Both the position numbers and the translations under genes were made by a program. A model generated the notes under the pieces. That model searched no databases, was not told the origin of the DNA, and worked only from the letters and a program-made list of their open reading frames with translations. From Gordius albopunctatus (Eukaryota), in assembly GCA_964276515.1 (NCBI GenBank), contig OZ193909.1, positions 4,526,001-4,590,000 on the forward strand: DNA of 64,000 bases, read 5' to 3'. Positions 54,733 through 64,000 of this stretch are shown piece by piece; within the stretch, counting starts at the first letter, position 1; every line of letters starts with the position of its first letter.

Positions 54733-55270
54733 TTATGGGACTTTTTGTATACCCTTTTTCCCAATAAGAGATTTATGTATATGAGGAATGACACCTAAAA
54801 TTTTAAGTATATAAAATAAGAGATTTAATATTACCTCCTCCAGCAATAGTTGCTTTAATTAAAGAGTCCAATTCTTCATCCCCACGTATAGCTAACTGTA
54901 AATGACGAGGGGTTATCCTTTTTACTTTCAAGTCTTTACTAGCATTGCCTGCTAATTCCAGTACCTTCAAAAATATATAATTCAATATCTTAAAATTACT
55001 TCTGCTGTTAAATACTCTAATATAGCAGCACTATAAACAGCCGCAGTAGCACCTACACGCCCATGGCTTGTGGTACGAGTTTTTAGATGTCTATGAATTC
55101 TTCCTACAGGAAACTAATATTTTAATTACATAATATATTATATAAATAAACCTGCAAACCAGCTCTCGCTGATCTCGTTGTAGCCTTAGTTTTCACTTTG
55201 CCTGAATCTTTGCCAGCTTTTCCTCCTGCCTAAGGAAAATTTAACTTAAATTTATTAAGCATCTCACCAT
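54733..55270 (-). CDS. H2AZ: Histone H2A.Z (H2A.V), 128 aa, 5 exons
   Basis: Exons 55270-55268, 55229-55152, 55113-55000, 54964-54835 and 54794-54733 (3/78/114/130/62 nt) give [12 protein letters not shown]...[15 protein letters not shown]...[42 protein letters not shown]. Confidence 0.98.
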
Positions 55271-57110
55271 CTTGTGAATTGAAGCAGTTGTAAATTAACG
55301 TTAAAAAGCGGGAATGTCAATCACGTGATTATATGAAACTATTGGGGCATAACTATAAAAAATTTTGCATTTACATTTGAAATAATTCAAAGAACTTTAA
55401 ATAATAAATTTTATATGTTAATTAAGTCAATTTTTAGGCAATACTTAAAATGGTATTAATAATCTTACTTTAGATATCAAATATGAATAAGTAATGCTCT
55501 TAAAAATACCCTATATTGTTAGCAAAATGCTTTGTGCAATAGTTCTTAATAAGTTAAATAACAGCCTCATCTAGTAAAATTATATAAATATTTTATTATT
55601 GGTTGTATACAGTTGTGTCATTGTTATAAGGTGCTAATCATTGTTTTGCGATTAAAAGCATAGCTATTTTGCCGTCATCAAGAGATATCAAGCGACTTAA
55701 AATTTTATGACGGCATCCAATATTATGCAAATAAGATATTTAAGTCTTTTAAATCATCACTTTGATTGCATATTTTTGACTCAGAATACCTAGAAATTTG
55801 AACATAATTAATAAAAGAACTCTAGGTATTTATTAATTGCTAAATACTCTCAGAGATAATTTTTGCGGAGGAGAAAAAATGTAGAATGAGTAGTTTTCCA
55901 TTACATTCTATTGTTGCACATGAAATAAAAATATAAAAATGAGTTTTTACCGTATCGATAATGTTTGCATGTACCGGATTGTCCATTATTAAAATATACA
56001 GATCATATGGTAATAAAATCGTATCGTTGCATTCGACAAAAATTCAACTGACAAATGTCTATAAATGTCTATGAATATCTATAAATGTTTATGAATGTCT
56101 ATGAATATTTTTTGAACAATCAGAGCTTGGCTGTTCATACCCATACAAGTAATGTTTATAATTATTATATCTTATCTTCATAATAGCTTATCCAAACTAT
56201 GGATCTACAACCTCTACAAACATCGGACATTATTTGTATTTTTTAACAACAATATAGCAAATATATATACCTGTTTTGTACTAATAAAGTATTTCAATAT
56301 TCAAGATATTTCTAATGGGTTAGAAATTTTGGTTATAGGATTAGTTTTTCTCCACCTATGATGACATAAATCCAGATCTAACCTTTTAACCCATTTTATT
56401 TGACAAATACATTTTCTTAGACATTTATGCATTTTCGTAGACATTTATTTGTTTTTTGCTTTTTTGTCAAATGGCACTGAATCAATAAAATAACTCATAA
56501 AACATATGGGAACCCCGCATATTCCCAAAATCGCACAATCCCGAAACTACGATAAGGCTATGGCTACGATTTGAAATTACCATATGATATTTTTCAATTC
56601 GTTTCATTTTAAAATTTTTTAAATTTGAGCCCCATCTTATCATACCACATAAAAGTATAATTTTTAGACATGGATTAATTAATTTATTTATTAGCATTGT
56701 CAACCTTAGCTATAACCAATTTTCAACCACTGAATGACATCTCGCAAGTAACCTTATATAATAATCATGTAAATTGTTGTATTAAGAGAAAATTATTGAT
56801 AACTTGTTAGCCCTTCAAGAAATAACTGATGGTAATATGTTACACATTAGCTAAGGAAAATAAATTATTTCAAGATTAGAAAATATGAAATCATTAGTTG
56901 AAGTTGTGTTGGAATCATTATTTTAAAAATGATATTAATAATGTTGATATTTTTTCTTATCAGCATATTGTGAATTATTTACATCTTGAACATTATACAG
57001 AGCCTTGCAAAAATATATCAATTCAATTGTTGCTAGTACTAATCTTATTGCTTTTATTACATGTTTTATTGTTCATATTTTATATAATTACATATAGTAT
57101 CTAAAAATTA

Positions 57111-58502
57111 TTAACAATCAATTTCATTATTTTTATAAAGAGTTTGTAGGCGTATCACTTTTTTAGCCTTTGTTTCCATTTTCCCTTTAACTTTAAACAA
57201 TATATTTCCATTGTTGATTTGTATTATTTTTGTTTCAGTATTCCTCTGATATTCCTTTATCATTTTTATAAAACTATAGATATTAGGATGTGGTTGTTTC
57301 ACTATCTTTTTTAAGGCACTGTGATAACCTTCCAAGTGGTTGTTGGTGGTTATGCCAGGGGTTTCATATTTCCCCCACAAACAATATGGAAACTTTGCAC
57401 TGTCATCTACCCATACATCATTTACATATCTTAAAAATCTTTTCATGTTAGTATTATTGAGATTTCTAGAGACAGCCCTACATTGGTCAAACACTAAGTC
57501 CACATCCAATTTTTTAAGAAAAGGGAAATTACAAATTTGTTTTAATATAGTCTCTAGTAAGGCCCAATTTCTTAGATTTTCCAATCATTGCTTGTGAAAA
57601 ATGGAAATAGCAACCTTAAAGGATACAATTTACATAATGCATGATTTTTACCTTGAATTATAATGTCTGGGAATACTGTTTTTAGGGCTTTAATGGAAGC
57701 CATCTCAAAGTCAACCTGCCAAAAGCTAGGATTGAATGTAGACCCTATATAGCTGCACACTGTTTTCAGACTTTTAAAAAATTGAACATATGTGTTTGAA
57801 AATTTATCTGGATATGGTTTTTATACAAAATATGAAGAGTGTAGGCATAAAATTAATATATGTGTTGTTTTAGTTAGGTACTTGATAAAAAGGTTAGGAG
57901 TTATATAAAATGTGCCATCAGAGTAAATCTTTTTAGTATCACACATAATTTTTAAAAAATGTGGTGTTCCAAATATAAACAGTCTATTCTCTATATTCTC
58001 CAATAAGAATGGAGTTCCATCCTCAAGATAGTGGCAATCCCGGGGAAGTATAATCTCGTCGCTTGTTCTAGGCACTTTTGACCTGTTTTGTGGGCAATCA
58101 GATTCATGGTTCGGTTTATGGATTTTAAAGATGGTAGGGCATGGGGGTATTGCCATATATCTTCAACTTCTTCGCGTCTCTGATAGATTATATCATTATA
58201 TACCTATTTAGGGTTAATGAGTTCATGAAACAAAAATATATAATTACTTTGGTTATGGGTTGCATTGGATTATTATCCATTGCCTCCTTCGATTTACTTT
58301 TTGTTACAAGATATTGATACTCATCAGTATCCGGTTCATCGCTATGATGTTTCTTTATTTTGACAACATTGTTCAAATATATAAGTCTGCAAGGACATTT
58401 AGAATGTCTGCATCGATAGTATGTGCAAATCTTTGTAGTTTTGTCAACTACATAATGATAACTGTTCAGAACTAAAATATTTTTCCCTTTTTGGGATGGC
58501 AA
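57111..58502 (-). pseudogene. MULE (Mutator-like) transposase with an N-terminal FLYWCH-like domain; intron-containing and disabled
   Basis: SQKGK..YYRC....C...H zinc finger, then YSDGTF, VDFE, GCYFHFSQA (after removing intron 57651-57615), TTNNHLEGYH and HPNIY. Frameshifts and an apparent internal deletion are present. Confidence 0.85.
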
Positions 58503-58797
58503 GAATGTTATATCTAATATATATTATAGGCATTTGAAATAAGAAATATACTTTGTGCATTAAAATTTGCTGGAGGAAGGGCCTGTTCCATAACATTTAG
58601 GGCATCATTGTTAGAATCTATTTACAATAAATTTAATAGTTAATAGTAACTAACAGTTAATGTTTATGATAATCAATCATGTGACATTACTTGGTATTAT
58701 ATCATCCACTGAGTTTAATAAAATTGCACCTTGACTAGAAACTTAAAAAAATCTCAAAAAATTATAGACATATCTTACTTTCTTGATTTTCTATGGG

Positions 58798-60759
58798 TGT
58801 AGAGATATTTTCTATAACCATACAGTATTTATTAACAGGATAGATAACACAGATGGATAATACAACAATAATATATATATATACTAGGAATACAATATCA
58901 TCAATAACACTATATTACAATAGTCCCCCATAAGATTAATATTCATCGTCGAATCTTTTTGGGGGTTGTCTAAGTCGTTGGGGTCTCGGCACATTGTCTT
59001 GTTTAAATCCTTCAATTGGTTCCTCTTCCTCGGGCCCTATTGATTCCTTTAGGTTGTCTATGGCTTTCCGTAAGTGATCTGTGTGTTTACGCTTAATCCG
59101 TCCTTCGGCCCAAACATCGTAGGACCAATCATTCTTCTTACGTTCAATTATTCCCTCGTGCCAACCCTTTTCTTTTTCATTTTTTACCCATATTTTATCC
59201 CCTTCCTGAAAATTGCGGTCGGAAACCTTCCTATCATGATAGTACTTTTGTTTCCAAACATTGTTGATAGTGGTTTCCTTGATCGAACGTCGCAGTTGGT
59301 CAAAAGAAGATCGGATTCTTCTTTTAAACATTAATTCACAAGGAGCTACACTTGTAGTATTGTGAGGTGTCAATCTGTAAGCCATGAGTACCTGAGCCAA
59401 AGTTTTATCATCGTCTTGATTATACCTAGCGGCTGCGTAAAACCGTGATTTTAGTGTCCGGATAAATCTTTCACACAATCCGTTAGATTTTGGGTGATAT
59501 GAAGATGTCCGAATATGTCTAATCCCATTAGCTTTTATAAATATTGAGAATTCCTCTCCCAAGAATTGACTACCGTTATCGCTTACTAAAACTCTTGGTA
59601 GTCCCAATCGAGCAAACCATTCTCGCAACGCCTTGATAATTCCGGTAGAATGTAAGGAATTTATGAGTTTTACTTCTGGCCATTTTGAATAACCATCAAC
59701 TAAAACCAACCAATATTTGCCGTTTATGGGTCCTGCCAAATCAATGTGGACGCGATCCATTGGTTCTTCTGTTGTAGGCCATTGATATAAGGGAGATTCT
59801 AACATATTAGATCGATTTTCTTGACAACCTTTACATCTTTGGACAAAAATTTCAATGTCATCATTGATTTTAGGCCACCAACAATAAAATTTTGCTAAAT
59901 CAATCATTCCAGATATTCCCGGGTGTCCGGTATGTAAATTTTCTAACACAACCATGTTCAACTTCCCTGGAACTATTAACCGATTTTGCCAATATATTAA
60001 ATCGTTTTCAATAGATAACTCATCCTTCTTCGGATAAAATGATCTTCGAATGGTTGCATCGTTGATAGGTTTGCTCCAATTGCAACGAATCAAATCAATA
60101 ACATCATTCAACCTTCTATCTTTTCTTGTTTCCTCCACTAACGTTTTTCTGGAAAACTTTAAATCTTCAATCATGTTTATATGGATGTCTTCATTACTCT
60201 CTGCAAGGGTAGGTAATCGAGATAATGTATCTGCGATTTGATTAGTCTTTCCAGAAATATACTCAATTTTAAAGTCATAAGCCATTAATTTAGTATTCCA
60301 TCTTTGTAATCGTAAGTTGCAATTATAATGGTGTCCCTCTCGACCAAAAATGTATTGTAACGGTCGATGATCTGTTTTTAATGTGAATGTTCTCCCATAA
60401 ATGTATTGGTGAAATTTATTAACAGCGTAAATAATACCCAAAGCTTCCTTGTCAATAGTGGAATATCCCTTTTCTGCTTGACTTAAAACCCTTAATGCAT
60501 AGGCAATAGGCCTTTCTTGTCCATCCGACTCCACGTGCATTAACACCGCTCCCAATCCTGCTTCACAAGCGTCTGTATACAGAACTAACGGCTTCCGTAA
60601 CGAATATGTAACAACGGTATCTTCACTAGATATTAAGTTTTTCAATTTGTCAAAACAATCTTCTTCCTCTTTCCCCCATTCCCATTTAGCCTCTTTTTTT
60701 AAAAGGTTGTGTAATGGTACACATTGTGGTTGTAATAATGCCATAAAGCTTCTTAACAT
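58798..60759 (-). mobile_element. 5'-truncated Ty3/Gypsy LTR retrotransposon: RT end, RNase H, integrase and 3' LTR
   Basis: Open 607-codon frame with YTDAC..GLGAVL, TDHRPL, ADTLSR, an HHCC finger, HIDLAGP, SDNG and SNGLCER. A purine tract gggggac follows the stop, then a 122-bp LTR (58919-58798) with TGTA...TACA ends and AATAAA. Confidence 0.93.
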
Positions 60760-61799
60760 TTCATAAATGACTTTATTTTATAGGCAATGGCTAACCCACC
60801 CGATTTAGCTTTTTGTATAAAGATTGTAGTGAAAATAACAACTTAATGATACATTATATGTTTTTATCATTTTTATTTACCTTTCGTTTTAATTTGATGG
60901 AACGCCAGGCGCGTAGCCAGGATTTTCACAAGGGGGGTAGGAAATCTGGCAAAATTTGTTCCCCATTTTATTTGTAATTAGAATTAAAAATTAAAAAACC
61001 AAAAATTTGGGCTTGCTGCTGGGCCCATTCGGCTAAGGGGTTGGGAAAGCTACCGTTCTAAATTGAGATTTTTAAGTAGGCCTGCGCGGGCAACATAATG
61101 AGATTTTTTATATAGTTTCCTATTTTTTTGTCACCTTTCTATTTATAAAAATTCTAGAATTAGATCAAAATTTTTTGAGAAATTTAAAATCGTCATTATG
61201 GACCCGGCTGTTCGGACAGCATTAGTGAATTTGGCAATTAAGAGGGGTTTGGCTGGCCTTGGCAGGCAATTTAGTTATCAAACCGAGATGGGTTCTAGCA
61301 GAAAATTTTAGACAAATATGAAAAATGGTAAAAGTATTAATATTATATTGAACATTATAATAATCGCTTAGTTATCTACTTCATGGGGGGGGGGGGGTCT
61401 GGTGTTTTCACGGGAAATATAATAAATGTTCTAACAAGATTTTTTTCATATAAATTTTCCCAATCATATTCGGAAATTTTACAACGCATTTTGTCAAAAA
61501 TTAAGATTTATATATTATGTTTTTAGGTTTTTATAAGTGTCTTAAAGTCTTTGATGTAACTAAACTATAATATTTTTTTTAACCCTTTTTAATTTAATTA
61601 TTTATCAAAAAACAGGGCCCTCATTTACCCCACTATGGAGCGCACATTTCAATCCAGCCATGGCACCTAGCTCAAAATCTATTTGAGCAATTTAGGTTGA
61701 ATCCAAATGCCATAAACATTACAAATACAGACTAGCCTATTAAAAAGCTATATATGTATTGAGTATAGCTAAAATAATTTATAACTCAACCGAGCCAGA

Positions 61800-63910
61800 A
61801 ATACCTTGTAGTGGTGGTTGAGCTTGTGTACTCTCGTGATCCGAGAAGCTATACCTTTGGTAGCCAAACACAATTTTTATGTTTGTTACTGGTGGGGTCA
61901 ACCTATTGTCAAAGTTCTTGGTGAAGGGTCAGACTAAAATTTCCGGGGTTTTTGAGGGAGTACTTAGTGAAATGGAAGTGCTAGATTAAGCCTATCAATA
62001 CGGGTGGTCTAAAGAAAAGTTTAATTCACCAAAATGACTGCATCATAAAGAATAGTAGGTAATCAAGCGCCAAAATCTAACATAGTTCCGTCAGGCTTGG
62101 AAGGCCGGGATATCAATGCTCCCTCATTCCATATAAAACAAAATGTATACTACAACAAAGACGCAGAATGAAAACCATAGGACGTCCCCCTTAAGCGACG
62201 CGCGCATTCTTCGCCTGGAATGTGTGGGAAATAAACGAAGGCTACCGCTCTCTCAACAAACGTAAGCGGTTAAAGACATTAGTTTGCGTAGGATAAAGTT
62301 TGGGTCATGGAATATTGGTACAAGGACTAGCAAGAGCAGAGTATGGCAGACGTTCAAAAGAGGAGAAAATCAATATCGCGTGTATACAAGAGACCAAATG
62401 GAAGGGCCAAAAAGCAAAATACATAGGGGACGGATACAAATTATATTTTTACGGTACAGAAACTCACCGGAATGGCGTCGGTATAGTGCTATCGGAAGAA
62501 TTTCAGCAAACTGTGGTCGACGTTAAAAGAATCAATGACAGAATTATGGCGATACAGCTTTGTTATAAATCTACTACGATAAACGTTATATCAGCATACG
62601 CCCCTCAAAGTGGATGCTCTGAGACGGAAAAAGAGTGTTTATGGAAGGAGCTTGAAGATGTTCTATCCCAATTCGGTAAAGAGGAATAATAATTATCGGA
62701 GCGGACCTCAATGGACACGTGGGCAAATCAAGGGGAGGATTTTAAAGAAATCACGGTGGTCGGGGTTACGGCCTGAGAAATGAAGGAGATACGGAAATTC
62801 TAGAAATTGCTCAAGCTTTTGACCTAGCAATAGGAAATACCTTCTTCAAAAAGAGACAGGAACATCTTATAACGTACAAAAGCGGCAGCCGTACCACTCA
62901 GATAGATTTCTTTCTAGTCAACAGAGTGCACTTAAAGTATGTTCAAAATGTTAAGGTAATACCGAGTGAAATATTGGCCTGCCAACACAAGCTGTTGGTG
63001 ATGGACTTTATATTAAAGGGCAAAAGGTACAAAGAGTAGCCGCTACTATACAATGGATGAAACTAAAGGATAATATTCAACATTTTAAGGAGCAAGTAAT
63101 TAAAGATGCTGAATTTAAGAAAAATACTTCATGTGAGGATCAATGGAATGGTATAGCTGCCACAATGCGAAAAGCGGGACGACAAATACTAGGTGAAAGC
63201 AAGCTCGCTAAAAGAATTCTCAAGGAGACGTGGTGGTGGAATGAAGAAGTGCAAAAATGTATCAAGAAGAAGAAGAGATTGTACAAAGTTTGGCATAAAA
63301 GCAAGGATAGTAATGATAAGCAAGCTTACCAAGTAGCTAAAAGATCGGCTAAAAAATTGTAGCGAAGCTAGGAACCAGGTTTACGACGATATAAATGTAA
63401 AACTCAACTCAAAGGAAGGAGAAAGATTGATCTACAAAGTCGCAAAGTCAAGGGCCCGAAATTCTAAAGATTACCTAGAATGCCGGCTAATCAAGGGTCA
63501 AAAGGGAGAAATACTAACACACGACAGCCATATACTACAAAGATGGTACGACTATTATAGCGATTTATCAATTGAAAAGGGGCCTGTAGTCGAAGACACT
63601 AACCAGGAAAAAACAATAGGAGAATTAAAAAAAGCGGACTGGATCACGGAAACGGAAGTCAAAGTTGCTATGGGTAAACTAAAGTCAGGAAAAGCCATTG
63701 GACCCGACAATATACCAATAGAGGGCTTCAAAGCGTTAGGCAATACTGGTGCACAATTCCACACCAACCTTTTCAACAATATCTTGAAAACGGGTAAATA
63801 GCCTAACGAGTCGAGGGATAGCTACATGATCCCGATATACAAGATGAAAGGGGACATTCAGGATTGCAACAATTACAGAGGGATAAAGCTTATGAGTCAC
63901 ACTTTCCAAA
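61800..63910 (+). mobile_element. RTE-clade LINE, 5' half (5' UTR, AP endonuclease, start of RT); decayed and 3'-truncated
   Basis: RTE-type 5' UTR start (ccttgtagtggtgg...gagct...ggggtcaacc...gtcagact), then GSWNIGT, IQETKW, NGVGI, SAYAPQ, ADLNGHVG, TQIDF, ETWWW, GPDNIP and NYRGIKL, with several stops and frameshifts. Similarity ends at about 63910. Confidence 0.92.
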
Positions 63911-64000
63911 TTATATTTTAAAAAATTATTATGTTTTTGAATCATTACTAAACCTATTGTATCTCCTACCACCCCCTCCAATTAAAACTCTAACGGACAT

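Noticed and set aside
56030..56470. 10-bp tandem repeats (aatgtctat) and their inverted counterparts as MULE ends
   Set aside because: Too degenerate, no TSD, and they do not bracket the transposase.

Overview
AT-rich eukaryotic DNA, apparently from an invertebrate animal, with spliceosomal GT-AG introns and dense transposon relics. Four host genes are recognisable: the 5' part of a polypeptide N-acetylgalactosaminyltransferase gene (minus, running off the left edge), MOB1 (plus, 16210-17047), a 2-oxoglutarate dehydrogenase E1 gene of about 23 kb (minus, 44651-21206) and histone H2A.Z (minus, 55270-54733). Mobile DNA includes an internally deleted piggyBac, hAT and Mutator MITEs, an intron-containing MULE transposase, a Ty3/Gypsy fragment with its 3' LTR, a small LTR with a tRNA-Trp PBS, two decayed RTE-clade LINEs, and a Helitron-like tandem-repeat element carrying a nested long-TIR transposon. 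The most unusual feature is a GC-rich insert of about 2 kb (about 6720-8690, minus). It encodes a nearly intact RT-RNase H with mixed hepadnavirus-like and DIRS-like motifs and no integrase or recombinase, and it is fused directly to the 3' tail of a resident RTE LINE, which suggests LINE-mediated capture of a foreign retroelement or virus-like RNA. Also notable are 34-44 nt introns, often without pyrimidine tracts, and a recent H2A.Z partial duplication flanked by 75-bp direct repeats. All family assignments come from motif recognition by eye; no searches were run.
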